Shown here: positions 14,301-29,300 of the stretch, in pieces
Numbering within the stretch: the first letter of the stretch is position 1
Layout: every line of letters begins with the position of its first letter
Source: the human T2T-CHM13v2.0 reference genome, Homo sapiens
DNA: 64,000 nt
Assembly: GCF_009914755.1 (NCBI RefSeq)
Contig: NC_060938.1
Direction: 5' to 3' (one strand)
The notes under the pieces: generated by a model
Told to the model about the DNA's origin: nothing
The model's input: the letters and a program-made list of their open reading frames with translations, nothing else
Database searches by the model: none
Position numbers and translations under genes: made by a program

Positions 14301-17300
14301 AAGTGTTTTTCAGAACTGCTCTATCAAAAGAAAGATCCACCTCTGTTAGCTGAGTTCAGACATCACAAACAAGTTTATGAGAATGCTTCTGTCTAGTTTT
14401 TATTTGAAGATATTTCCTTTCTCACCATAGACCTGAAAGCTGTCCTAATGTTCACTTCCAGTTACTACAGAAAGAGTGTTTCAAAACTGCTGTACGAAAG
14501 GGAATGTTCAACTCTGTGACTTGAATGCACACATCACAAAGAAGTTTCTGAGGATGCTGCTGTCTACTTTTTATACTTAATCCCGTTTCCAACGAAATCC
14601 TCCAAGCTATCCAAATATCCACTTGCAGATTCCACAGAAAGACTGTTTCAAAACTGCTCTGTCAATAGAAAGGTTCAACTCTGTTAGCTGCGTGCATATA
14701 TCCCAAAGAAGATTCTGAGATTGCTTCTGTCTAGTTTTTATGGGAAGATATTTCCCTTTTCACCGTAGGCGTCAAGGCGCTCCAAATGTCCACTTCCAGA
14801 TACTACAAAAAGAGTGTTTCAAACCTACTCTGTGAAAGGGAATATTCAACTCTGTGACTTGAATGCACATATCACAAGGAAGTTTCTGAGAATGCTTCTG
14901 TCGAGATTTTATATGAAGATATTCTCGTTTACAACGAAATCCTGAAATCTATCCAAATATCCCCTCGCAGATTCTACAAAAAGAGTGTTTCAAAACTGCT
15001 CTGTAAAAAGAAAGGTTCAACTCTGTTAGTTGAGTACACACATCACAAACAAGTTTCACAGAATGCTTCTTTCTAGCTTGTAGGGGAAGATATGCCCTTT
15101 ATCACCATGGGCCTCCAACCGTCCGAAACATCCACTTTCATATACTACAAAAAGAGCGTTTCAAACCTGCTCTATGAAAGGCAATGTTCAACTCTGTGAC
15201 TTGAATGCAGACATCACAGAGCAGTTTCTGAGAATGCTTCTGTCTAGATTTTATAGGAAGATATTCCCGTTTCCAATGAAATCTTCACAGCTATCAAAAT
15301 ATCCACTTGCAGATTCTACAAAAAGAGTGTATCAAAACTGCTCTGTCAAAAGGAAGGTTCTTCTCTGTTAGGTGAGTGCATACGTCATAAAGGAGTTTCT
15401 GAGAATGTTTCTGTCTAGTGGTTATGGGAAGATATTTGCTTTTTCACCGTAGGCCTCAGAGCGCTCCAAATATCCACTTGCACATACTACAAAAAGAGTG
15501 CTTCAAAGCTGGTCTCTGAAAGGGAATGTTCAACTCTATGAGTTGAATGCAAACATCACAAAGACGTTTCTGAGAATGCTTCTGTCTAGATTTGATATGA
15601 AGATATTCCCGTTTCCAACGAAATCTTCAAATCTATCCAAATGTCCACTTGCAGATTCAACAAAAAGTGTTTTTCAGAACTGCTCTATCAAAAGAAAGAT
15701 CCACCTCTGTTAGCTGAGTTCACACATCACAAACAAGTTTATGAGAATGCTTCTGTCTAGTTTTTATTTGAAGATATTTCCTTTCTCACCATAGAGCTGA
15801 AAGCTGTCCTAATGTTCACTTCCAGATACTACAGAAAGAGTGTTTCAAAACTGCTGTACGAAAGGGAATGTTCAACTCTGTGACTTGAATGCACACATCA
15901 CAAAGAAGTTTCTGAGGATGCTGCTGTCTACTTTTTATACGTAATCCCGTTTCCAACGAAATCCTCCAAGCTATCGAAATATCCACTTGCAGATTCCACA
16001 GAAAGACTGTTTCAAAACTGCTCTGTCAATAGAAAGGTTCAACTCTGTTAGCTGCGTGCATATATCCCAAAGAAGATTCTGAGATTGCTTCCGTCTAGTT
16101 TTTATGGGAAGATATTTCCCTTTTCACCGTAGGTGTCAAGGCGCTCCAAATGTCCACTTCCAGATACTACAAAAAGAGTGTTTCAAACCTACTCTGTGAA
16201 AGGGAATATTCAACTCTGTGACTTGAATGCACATATCACAAAGAAGTTTCTGAGAATGCTTCTGTCGAGATTTTATATGAAGATATTCCCGTTTCCAACG
16301 AAATCCTGAAATGTATCCAAATATCCCCTCGCAGATTCTACAAAAAGAGTGTTTCAAAACTGCTCTGTAAAAAGAAAGGTTCAACTCTGTTAGTTGAGTA
16401 CACACATCACAAATAAGTTTCACACAATGCTTCTTTCTAGCTTGTAGGGGAAGATATTCCCTTTATCACCATGGGCCTCAAACCGTCTGAAACGTCCACT
16501 TCCATATACTACAAAAAGAGCATTTCAAACCTGCTCTATGAAAGGCAATGTTCAACTCTGTGACTTGAATGCACACATCACAGAGCAGTTTCTGAGAATG
16601 CTTCTGTCTAGATTTTATAGGAAGATATTCCCGTTTCCAACGAAATCTTCACAGCTATCCAAATATCCACTTGCAGATTCTACAAAAAGAGTGTATCAAA
16701 ACTGCTCTGTCAAAAGGAAGGTTCTTCTCTGTTAGGTGAGTGCATACGTCATAAAGGAGTTTCTGAGAATGTTTCTGTCTAGTGGTTATGGGAAGATATT
16801 TGCTTTTTCCCCGTAGGCCTCAGGGCGCTCCAAATGTCCACTTGCACATGCTACAAAAAGAGTGCTTCAAAGCTGCTCTCTGAAAGGGAATGTTCAACTC
16901 TATGAGTTGAATGCAAACATCGCAAAGACGTTTCTGAGAATGCTTCTGTCTAGATTTGATATGAAGATATTCCCGTTTCCAACGAAATCTTCAAATCTAT
17001 CCAAATGTCCACTTGCAGATTCAACAAAAAGTGTTTTTCAGAACTGCTCTATCAAAAGAAAGATCCACCTCTGTTAGCTGAGTTCAGACATCACAAACAA
17101 GTTTATGAGAATGCTTCTGTCTAGTTTTTATTTGAAGATATTTCCTTTCTCCCCATAGACCTGAAAGCTGTCCTAATGTTCACTTCCAGTTACTACAGAA
17201 AGAGTGTTTCAAAACTGCTGTACGAAAGGGAATGTTCAACTCTGTGACTTGAATGCACACATCACAAAGAAGTTTCTGAGGATGCTGCTGTCTACTTTTT

Positions 17301-20300
17301 ATACTTAATCCCGTTTCCAACGAAATCCTCCAAGCTATCCAAATATCCACTTGCAGATTCCACAGAAAGACTGTTTCAAAACTGCTCTGTCAATAGAAAG
17401 GTTCAACTCTGTTAGCTGCGTGCATATATCCCAAAGAAGATTCTGAGATTGCTTCTGTCTAGTTTTTATGGGAAGATATTTCCCTTTTCACCGTAGGCGT
17501 CAAGGCGCTCCAAATGTCCACTTCCAGATACTACAAAAAGAGTGTTTCAAACCTACTCTGTGAAAGGGAATATTCAACTCTGTGACTTGAATGCACATAT
17601 CACAAGGAAGTTTCTGAGAATGCTTCTGTCGAGATTTTATATGAAGATATTCCCGTTTCCAACGAAATCCTGAAATCTATCCAAATATCCCCTCGCAGAT
17701 TCTACAAAAAGAGTGTTTCAAAACTGCTCTGTAAAAAGAAAGGTTCAACTCTGTTAGTTGACTACACACATCACAAACAAGTTTCACAGAATGCTTCTTT
17801 CTAGCTTGTAGGGGAAGATATTCCCTTTATCACCATGGGCCTCCAACCGTCCGAAACATCCACTTCCATATACTACAAAAAGAGCGTTTCAAACCTGCTC
17901 TATGAAAGGCAATGTTCAACTCTGTGACTTGAATGCAGACATCACAGAGCAGTTTCTGAGAATGCTTCTGTCTAGATTTTATAGGAAGATATTCCCGTTT
18001 CCAACGAAATCTTCACAGCTATCCAAATATCCACTTGCAGATTCTACAAAAAGAGTGTATCAAAACTGCTCTGTCAAAAGGAAGGTTCTTCTCTGTTAGG
18101 TGAGTGCATACGTCATAAAGGAGTTTCTGAGAATGTTTCTGTCTAGTGGTTATGGGAAGATATTTGCTTTTTCCCCGTAGGCCTCAGGGCGCTCCAAATG
18201 TCCACTTGCACATGCTACAAAAAGAGTGCTTCAAAGCTGCTCTCTCAAAGGGAATGTTCAACTCTATGAGTTGAATGCAAACATCACAAAGACGTTTCTG
18301 TGAATGCTTCTGTCTAGATTTGATATGAAGATATTCCCGTTTCCAACGAAATCTTCAAATCTATCCAAATGTCCACTTGCAGATTCAACAAAAAGTGTTT
18401 TTCAGAACTGCTCTATCAAAAGAAAGATCCACCTCTGTTAGCTGAGTTCACACATCACAAACAAGTTTATGAGAATGCTTCTGTCTAGTTTTTATTTGAA
18501 GATATTTCCTTTCTCACCATAGACCTGAAAGCTGTCCTAATGTTCACTTCCAGATACTACAGAAAGAGTGTTTCAAAACTGCTGTACGAAAGGGAATGTT
18601 CAACTCTGTGACTTGAATGCACACATCACAAAGAAGTTTCTGAGGATGCTGCTGTCTACTTTTTATACTTAATCCCGTTTCCAACGAAATCCTCCAAGCT
18701 ATCCAAATATCCACTTGCAGATTCCACAGAAAGACTGTTTCAAAACTGCTCTGTCAATAGAAAGGTTCAACTCTGTTAGCTGCGTGCATATATCCCAAAG
18801 AAGATTCTGAGATTGCTTCTGTCTAGTTTTTATGGGAAGATATTTCCCTTTTCACCGTAGGCGTCAAGGCGCTCCAAATGTCCACTTCCAGATACTACAA
18901 AAACAGTGTTTCAAACCTACTCTGTGAAAGGGAATATTCAACTCTGTGACTTGAATGCACATATCACAAGGAAGTTTCTGAGAATTCTTCTGTCGAGATT
19001 TTATATGAAGATATTCCCGTTTCCAACGAAATCCTGAAATCTATCCAAATATCCCCTCGCAGATTCTACAAAAAGAGTGTTTCAAAACTGCTCTGTAAAA
19101 AGAAACGTTCAACTCTGTTAGTTGAGTACACACATCACAAACAAGTTTCACAGAATGCTTCTTTCTAGCTTGTAGGGGAAGATATTCCCTTTATCACCAT
19201 GGGCCTCCAACCGTCCGAAACATCCACTTCCATATACTACAAAAAGAGCGTTTCAAACCTGCTCTATGAAAGGCAATGTTCAACTCTGTGACTTGAATGC
19301 AGACATCACAGAGCAGTTTCTGAGAATGCTTCTGTCTAGATTTTATAGGAAGATATTCCCGTTTCCAACGAAATCTTCACAGCTATCCAAATATCCACTT
19401 GCAGATTCTACAAAAAGAGTGTATCAAAACTGCTCTGTCAAAAGGAAGGTTCTTCTCTGTTAGGTGAGTGCATACGTCATAAAGGAGTTTCTGAGAATGT
19501 TTCTGTCTAGTGGTTATGGGAAGATATTTGCTTTTTCACCGTTGGCCTCAGAGCGCTCCAAATATCCACTTGCACATACTACAAAAAGAGTGCTTCAAAG
19601 CTGGTCTCTGAAACGGAATGTTCAACTCTATGAGTTGAATGCAAACATCCCAAAGACGTTTCTGAGAATGCTTCTGTCTAGATTTGATATGAAGATATTC
19701 CCGTTTCCAACGAAATCTTCAAATCTATCCAAATGTCCACTTGCAGATTCAACAAAAAGTGTTTTTCAGAACTGCTCTATCAAAAGAAAGATCCACCTCT
19801 GTTAGCTGAGTTCACACATCACAAACAAGTTTATGAGAATGCTTCTGTCTAGTTTTTATTTGAAGATATTTCCTTTCTCACCATAGAGCTGAAAGCTGTC
19901 CTAATGTTCACTTCCAGATACTACAGAAAGAGTGTTTCAAAACTGCTGTACGAAAGGGAATGTTCAACTCTGTGACTTGAATGCACACATCACAAAGAAG
20001 TTTCTGAGGATGCTGCTGTCTACTTTTTATACGTAATCCCGTTTCCAACGAAATCCTCCAAGCTATCCAAATATCCACTTGCAGATTCCACAGAAAGACT
20101 GTTTCAAAACTGCTCTGTCAATAGAAAGGTTCAACTCTGTTAGCTGCGTGCATATATCCCAAAGAAGATTCTGAGATTGCTTCTGTCTAGTTTTTATGGG
20201 AAGATATTTCCCTTTTCACCGTAGGTGTCAAGGCGCTCCAAATGTCCACTTCCAGATCCTACAAAAAGAGTGTTTCAAACCTACTCTGTGAAAGGGAATA

Positions 20301-23300
20301 TTCAACTCTGTGACTTGAATGCACATATCACAAGGAAGTTTCTGAGAATGCTTCTGTCGAGATTTTATATGAAGATATTCTCGTTTACAACGAAATCCTG
20401 AAATCTATCCAAATATCCCCTCGCAGATTCTACAAAAAGAGTGTTTCAAAACTGCTCTGTAAAAAGAAAGGTTCAACTCTGTTAGTTGAGTACACACATC
20501 ACAAACAAGTTTCACAGAATGCTTCTTTCTAGCTTGTAGGGGAAGATATTCCCTTTATCACCATGGGCCTCCAACCGTCCGAAACATCCACTTCCATATA
20601 CTACAAAAAGAGCGTTTCAAACCTGCTCTATGAAAGGCAATGTTCAACTCTGTGACTTGAATGCAGACATCACAGAGCAGTTTCTGAGAATGCTTCTGTC
20701 TAGATTTTATAGGAAGATATTCCCGTTTCCAACGAAATCTTCACAGCTATCCAAATATCCACTTGCAGATTCTACAAAAAGAGTGTATCAAAACTGCTCT
20801 GTCAAAAGGAAGGTTCTTCTCTGTTAGGTGAGTGCATACGTCATAAAGGAGTTTCTGAGAATGTTTCTGTCTAGTGGTTATGGGAAGATATTTGCTTTTT
20901 CACCGTAGGCCTCAGAGCGCTCCAAATATCCACTTGCACATACTACAAAAAGAGTGCTTCAAAGCTGCTCTCTGAAACGGAATGTTCAACTCTATGAGTT
21001 GAATGCAAACATCACAAAGACGTTTCTGAGAATGCTTCTGTCTAGATTTGATATGAAGATATTCCCGTTTCCAACGAAATCTTCAAATCTATCCAAATGT
21101 CCACTTGCAGATTCAACAAAAAGTGTTTTTCAGAACTGCTCTATCAAAAGAAAGATCCACCTCTGTTAGCTGAGTTCAGACATCACAAACAAGTTTATGA
21201 GAATGCTTCTGTCTAGTTTTTATTTGAAGATATTTCCTTTCTCACCATAGACCTGAAAGCTGTCCTAATGTTCACTTCCAGTTACTACAGAAAGAGTGTT
21301 TCAAAACTGCTGTATGAAAGGGAATGTTCAACTCTGTGACTTGAATGCACACATCACAAAGAAGTTTCTGAGGATGCTGCTGTCTACTTTTTATACTTAA
21401 TCCCGTTTCCAACGAAATCCTCCAAGCTATCCAAATATCCACTTGCAGATTCCACAGAAAGACTGTTTCAAAACTGCTCTGTCAATAGAAAGGTTCAACT
21501 CTGTTAGCTGCGTGCATATATCCCAAAGAAGATTCTGAGATTGCTTCTGTCTAGTTTTTATGGGAAGATATTTCCCTTTTCACCGTAGGCGTCAAGGCGC
21601 TCCAAATGTCCACTTCCAGATACTACAAAAAGAGTGTTTCAAACCTACTCTGTGAAAGGGAATATTCAACTCTGTGACTTGAATGCACATATCACAAGGA
21701 AGTTTCTGAGAATGCTTCTGTCGAGATTTTATATGAAGATATTCCCGTTTCCAACGAAATCCTGAAATCTATCCAAATATCCCCTCGCAGATTCTACAAA
21801 AAGAGTGTTTCAAAACTGCTCTGTAAAAAGAAAGGTTCAACTCTGTTAGTTGAGTACACACATCACAAACAAGTTTCACAGAATGCTTCTTTCTAGCTTG
21901 TAGGGGAAGATATTCCCTTTATCACCATGGGCCTCAAACCGTCCGATAAGTCCACTTCCATATACTACAAAAAGAGCGTTTCAAACCTGCTCTAGGAAAG
22001 GCAATGTTCAACTCTGTGACTTGAATGCAGACATCACAGAGCAGTTTCTGAGAATGCTTCTGTCTAGATTTTATAGGAAGATATTCCCGTTTCCAACGAA
22101 ATCTTCACAGCTATCCAAATATCCACTTGCAGATTCTACAAAAAGAGTGTATCAAAACTGCTCTGTCAAAAGGAAGGTTCTTCTCTGTTAGGTGAGTGCA
22201 TACGTCATAAAGGAGTTTCTGAGAATGTTTCTGTCTAGTGGTTATGGGAAGATATTTGCTTTTTCCCCGTAGGCCTCAGGGCGCTCCAAATGTCCACTTG
22301 CACATGCTACAAAAAGAGTGCTCCAAAGCTGCTCTCTGAAAGGGAATGTTCAACTCTATGAGTTGAATGCAAACATCACAAAGACGTTTCTGAGAATGCT
22401 TCTGTCTAGATTTGATATGAAGATATTCCCGTTTCCAACGAAATCTTCAAATCTATCCAAATGTCCACTTGCAGTTTCAACAAAAAGTGTTTTTCAGAAC
22501 TGCTCTATCAAAAGAAAGATCCACCTCTGTTAGCTGAGTTCACACATCACAAACAAGTTTATGAGAATGCTTCTGTCTAGTTTTTATTTGAAGATATTTC
22601 CTTTCTCACCATAGAGCTGAAAGCTGTCCTAATGTTCACTTCCAGATACTACAGAAAGAGTGTTTCAAAACTGCTGTACGAAAGGGAATGTTCAACTCTG
22701 TGACTTGAATGCACACATCACAAAGAAGTTTCTGAGTATGCTGCTGTCTACTTTTTATACGTAATCCCGTTTCCAACGAAATCCTCCAAGCTATCCAAAT
22801 ATCCACTTGCAGATTCCACAGAAAGACTGTTTCAAAACTGCTCTGTCAATAGAAAGGTTCAACTCTGTTAGCTGCGTGCATATATCCCAAAGAAGATTCT
22901 GAGATTGCTTCTGTCTAGTTTTTATGGGAAGATATTTCCCTTTTCACCGTAGGTGTCAAGGCGCTCCAAATGTCCACTTCCAGACACTACAAAAAGAGTG
23001 TTTCAAACCTACTCTGTGAAAGGGAATATTCAACTCTGTGACTTGAATGCACATATCACAAAGAAGTTTCTGAGAGTGCTTCTATCGAGATTTTATATGA
23101 AGATATTCCCGTTTCCAACGAAATCCTGAAATGTATCCAAATATCCCCTCGCAGATTCTACAAAAAGAGTGTTTCAAAACTGCTCTGTAAAAAGAAAGGT
23201 TCAACTCTGTTAGTTGAGTACACACATCACAAATAAGTTTCACACAATGCTTCTTTCTAGCTTGTAGGGGAAGATATTCCCTTTATCACCATGGGCCTCA

Positions 23301-26300
23301 AACCGTCTGAAACGTCCACTTCCATATACTACAAAAAGAGCATTTCAAACCTGCTGTATGAAAGGCAATGTTCAACTCTGTGACTTGAATGCAGACATCA
23401 CAGAGCAGTTTCTGAGAATGCTTCTGTCTAGATTTTATAGGAAGATATTCCCGTTTCCAACGAAATCTTCACAGCTATCCAAATATCCACTTGCAGATTC
23501 TACAAAAAGAGTGTATCAAAACTGCTCTGTCAAAAGGAAGGTTCTTCTCTGTTAGGTGAGTGCATACGTCATAAAGGAGTTTCTGAGAATGTTTCTGTCT
23601 AGTGGTTATGGGAAGATATTTGCTTTTTCCCCGTAGGCCTCAGGGCGCTCCAAATGTCCACTTGCACATGCTACAAAAAGAGTGCTTCAAAGCTGCTCTC
23701 TGAAAGGGAATGTTCAACTCTATGAGTTGAATGCAAACATCACAAAGACGTTTCTGAGAATGCTTCTGTCTAGATTTGATATGAAGATATTCCCGTTTCC
23801 AACGAAATCTTCAAATCTATCCAAATGTCCACTTGCAGATTCAACAAAAAGTGTTTTTCAGAACTGCTCTATCAAAAGAAAGATCCACCTCTGTTAGCTG
23901 AGTTCAGACATCACAAACAAGTTTATGAGAATGCTTCTGTCTAGTTTTTATTTGAAGATATTTCCTTTCTCACCATAGACCTGAAAGCTGTCCTAATGTT
24001 CACTTCCAGTTACTACAAAAAGAGTGTTTCAAAACTGCTGTACGAAAGGGAATGTTCAACTCTGTGACTTGAATGCACACATCACAAAGAAGTTTCTGAG
24101 GATGCTGCTGTCTACTTTTTATACTTAATCCCGTTTCCAACGAAATCCTCCAAGCTATCCAAATATCCACTTGCAGATTCCACAGAAAGACTGTTTCAAA
24201 ACTGCTCTGTCAATAGAAAGGTTCAACTCTGTTAGCTGCGTGCATATATCCCAAAGAAGATTCTGAGATTGCTTCTGTCTAGTTTTTATGGGAAGATATT
24301 TCCCTTTTCACCGTAGGCGTCCAGGCGCTCCAAATGTCCACTTCCAGATACTACAAAAAGAGTGTTTCAAACCTACTCTGTGAAAGGGAATATTCAACTC
24401 TGTGACTTGAATGCACATATCACAAGGAAGTTTCTGAGAATGCTTCTGTCGAGATTTTATATGAAGATATTCCCGTTTCCAACGAAATCCTGAAATCTAT
24501 CCAAATATCCCCTCGCAGATTCTACAAAAAGAGTGTTTCAAAACTGCTCTGTAAAAAGGAAGGTTCAACTCTGTTAGTTGAGTACACACATCACAAACAA
24601 GTTTCACAGAATGCTTCTTTCTAGCTTGTAGGGGAAGATATTCCCTTTATCACCATGGGCCTCCAACCGTCCGATAAGTCCACTTCCATATACTACAAAA
24701 AGAGCATTTCAAACCTGCTCTATGAAAGGCAATGTTCAACTCTGTGACTTGAATGCAGACATCACAGAGCAGTTTCTGAGAATGCTTCTGTCTAGATTTT
24801 ATAGGAAGATATTCCCGTTTCCAACGAAATCTTCACAGCTATCCAAATATCCACTTGCAGATTCTACAAAAAGAGTGTATCAAAACTGCTCTGTCAAAAG
24901 GAAGGTTCTTCTCTGTTAGGTGAGTGCATACGTCATAAAGGAGTTTCTGAGAATGTTTCTGTCTAGTGGTTATGGGAAGATATTTGCTTTTTCACCGTAG
25001 GCCTCAGAGCGCTCCAAATATCCACTTGCACATACTACAAAAAGAGTGCTTCAAAGCTGGTCTCTGAAACGGAATGTTCAACTCTATGAGTTGAATGCAA
25101 ACATCACAAAGACGTTTCTGAGAATGCTTCTGTCTAGATTTGATATGAAGATATTCCCGTTTCCAACGAAATCTTTAAATCTATCCAAATGTCCACTTGC
25201 AGATTCAACAAAAAGTGTTTTTCAGAACTGCTCTATCAAAAGAAAGATCCACCTCTGTTAGCTGAGTTCAGACATCACAAACAAGTTTATGAGAATGCTT
25301 CTGTCTAGTTTTTATTTGAAGATATTTCCTTTCTCACCATAGACCTGAAAGCTGTCCTAATGTTCACTTCCAGTTACTACAGAAAGAGTGTTTCAAAACT
25401 GCTGTACGAAAGGGAATGTTCAACTCTGTGACTTGAATGCACACATCACAAAGAAGTTTCTGAGGATGCTGCTGTCTACTTTTTATACTTAATCCCGTTT
25501 CCAACGAAATCCTCCAAGCTATCCAAATATCCACTTGCAGATTCCACAGAAAGACTGTTTCAAAACTGCTCTGTCAATAGAAAGGTTCAACTCTGTTAGC
25601 TGCGTGCATATATCCCAAAGAAGATTCTGAGATTGCTTCTGTCTAGTTTTTATGGGAAGATATTTCCCTTTTCACCGTAGGCGTCAAGGCGCTCCAAATG
25701 TCCACTTCCAGATACTACAAAAAGAGTGTTTCAAACCTACTCTGTGAAAGGGAATATTCAACTCTGTGACTTGAATGCACATATCACAAGGAAGTTTCTG
25801 AGAATGCTTCTGTCGAGATTTTATATGAAGATATTCCCGTTTCCAACGAAATCCTGAAATCTATCCAAATATCCCCTCGCAGATTCTACAAAAAGAGTGT
25901 TTCAAAACTGCTCTGTAAAAAGAAAGGTTCAACTCTGTTAGTTGAGTACACACATCACAAACAAGTTTCACAGAATGCTTCTTTCTAGCTTGTAGGGGAA
26001 GATATTCCCTTTATCACCATGGGCCTCAAACCGTCCGATAAGTCCACTTCCATATACTACAAAAAGAGCGTTTCAAACCTGCTCTAGGAAAGGCAATGTT
26101 CAACTCTGTGACTTGAATGCAGACATCACAGAGCAGTTTCTGAGAATGCTCCTGTCTAGATTTTATAGGAAGATATTCCCGTTTCCAACGAAATCTTCAC
26201 AGCTATCCAAATATCCACTTGCAGATTCTACAAAAAGAGTGTATCAAAACTGCTCTGTCAAAAGGAAGGTTCTTCTCTGTTAGGTGAGTGCATACGTCAT

Positions 26301-29300
26301 AAAGGAGTTTCTGAGAATGTTTCTGTCTAGTGGTTATGGGAAGATATTTGCTTTTTCACCGTAGGCCTCAGAGCGCTCCAAATATCCACTTGCACATACT
26401 ACAAAAAGAGTGCTTCAAAGCTGGTCTCTGAAACGGAATGTTCAACTCTATGAGTTGAATGCAAACATCACAAAGACGTTTCTGAGAATGCTTCTGTCTA
26501 GATTTGATATGAAGATATTCCCGTTTCCAACGAAATCTTCAAATCTATCCAAATGTCCACTTGCAGTTTCAACAAAAAGTGTTTTTCAGAACTGCTCTAT
26601 CAAAAGAAAGATCCACCTCTGTTAGCTGAGTTCACACATCACAAACAAGTTTATGAGAATGCTTCTGTCTAGTTTTTATTTGAAGATATTTCCTTTCTCA
26701 CCATAGAGCTGAAAGCTATCCTAATGTTCACTTCCAGATACTACAGAAAGAGTGTTTCAAAACTGCTGTACGAAAGGGAATGTTCAACTCTGTGACTTGA
26801 ATGCACACATCACAAAGAAGTTTCTGAGTATGCTGCTGTCTACTTTTTATACGTAATCCCGTTTCCAACGAAATCCTCCAAGCTATCCAAATATCCACTT
26901 GCAGATTCCACAGAAAGACTGTTTCAAAACTGCTCTGTCAATAGAAAGGTTCAACTCTGTTAGCTGCGTGCATATATCCCAAAGAAGATTCTGAGATTGC
27001 TTCTGTCTAGTTTTTATGGGAAGATATTTCCCTTTTCACCGTAGGTGTCAAGGCGCTCCAAATGTCCACTTCCAGATACTACAAAAAGAGTGTTTCAAAC
27101 CTACTCTGTGAAAGGGAATATTCAACTCTCTGACTTGAATGCACATATCACAAAGAAGTTTCTGAGAATGCTTCTGTCGAGATTTTATATGAAGATATTC
27201 CCGTTTCCAACGAAATCCTGAAATGTATCCAAATATCCCCTCGCAGATTCTACAAAAAGAGTGTTTCAAAACTGCTCTGTAAAAAGAAAGGTTCAACTCT
27301 GTTAGTTGAGTACACACATCACAAATAAGTTTCACACAATGCTTCTTTCTAGCTTCTAGGGGAAGATATTCCCTTTATCACCATGGGCCTCAAACCGTCT
27401 GAAACGTCCACTTCCATATACTACAAAAAGAGCATTTCAAACCTGCTCTATGAAAGGCAATGTTCAACTCTGTGACTTGAATGCAGACATCACAGAGCAG
27501 TTTCTGAGAATGCTTCTGTCTAGATTTTATAGGAAGATATTCCCGTTTCCAACGAAATCTTCACAGCTATCCAAATATCCACTTGCAGATTCTACAAAAA
27601 GAGTGTATCAAAACTGCTCTGTCAAAAGGAAGGTTCTTCTCTGTTAGGTGAGTGCATACGTCATAAAGGAGTTTCTGAGAATGTTTCTGTCTAGTGGTTA
27701 TGGGAAGATATTTGCTTTTTCCCCGTAGGCCTCAGGGCGCTCCAAATGTCCACTTGCACATGCTACAAAAAGAGTGCTTCAAAGCTGCTCTCTGAAAGGG
27801 AATGTTCAACTCTATGAGTTGAATGCAAACATCACAAAGACGTTTCTGAGAATGCTTCTGTCTAGATTTGATATGAAGATATTCCCGTTTCCAACGAAAT
27901 CTTCAAATCTATCCAAATGTCCACTTGCAGATTCAACAAAAAGTGTTTTTCAGAACTGCTCTATCAAAAGAAAGGTCCACCTCTGTTAGCTGAGTTCAGA
28001 CATCACAAACAAGTTTATGAGAATGCTTCTGTCTAGTTTTTATTTGAAGATATTTCCTTTCTCACCATAGACCTGAAAGCTGTCCTAATGTTCACTTCCA
28101 GTTACTACAGAAAGAGTGTTTCAAAACTGCTGTACGAAAGGGAATGTTCAACTCTGTGACTTGAATGCACACATCACAAAGAAGTTTCTGAGGATGCTGC
28201 TGTCTACTTTTTATACTTAATCCCGTTTCCAACGAAATCCTCCAAGCTATCCAAATATCCACTTGCAGATTCCACAGAAAGACTGTTTCAAAACTGCTCT
28301 GTCAATAGAAAGGTTCAACTCTGTTAGCTGCGTGCATATATCCCAAAGAAGATTCTGAGATTGCTTCTGTCTAGTTTTTATGGGAAGATATTTCCCTTTT
28401 CACCGTAGGCGTCCAGGCGCTCCAAATGTCCACTTCCAGATACTACAAAAAGAGTGTTTCAAACCTACTCTGTGAAAGGGAATATTCAACTCTGTGACTT
28501 GAATGCACATATCACAAGGAAGTTTCTGAGAATGCTTCTGTCGAGATTTTATATGAAGATATTCCCGTTTCCAACGAAATCCTGAAATCTATCCAAATAT
28601 CCCCTCGCAGATTCTACAAAAAGAGTGTTTCAAAACTGCTCTGTAAAAAGGAAGGTTCAACTCTGTTAGTTGAGTACACACATCACAAACAAGTTTCACA
28701 GAATGCTTCTTTCTAGCTTGTAGGGGAAGATATTCCCTTTATCACCATGGGCCTCCAACCGTCCGATAAGTCCACTTCCATATACTACAAAAAGAGCGTT
28801 TCAAACCTGCTCTATGAAAGGCAATGTTCAACTCTGTGACTTGAATGCAGACATCACAGAGCAGTTTCTGAGAATGCTTCTGTCTAGATTTTATAGGAAG
28901 ATATTCCCGTTTCCAACGAAATCTTCACAGCTATCCAAATATCCACTTGCAGATTCTACAAAAAGAGTGTATCAAAACTGCTCTGTCAAAAGGAAGGTTC
29001 TTCTCTGTTAGGTGAGTGCATACGTCATAAAGGAGTTTCTGAGAATGTTTCTGTCTAGTGGTTATGGGAAGATATTTGCTTTTTCACCGTAGGCCTCAGA
29101 GCGCTCCAAATATCCACTTGCACATACTACAAAAAGAGTGCTTCAAAGCTGCTCTCTGAAACGGAATGTTCAACTCTATGAGTTGAATGCAAACATCACA
29201 AAGACGTTTCTGAGAATGCTTCTGTCTAGATTTGATATGAAGATATTCCCGTTTCCAACGAAATCTTCAAATCTATCCAAATGTCCACTTGCAGATTCAA

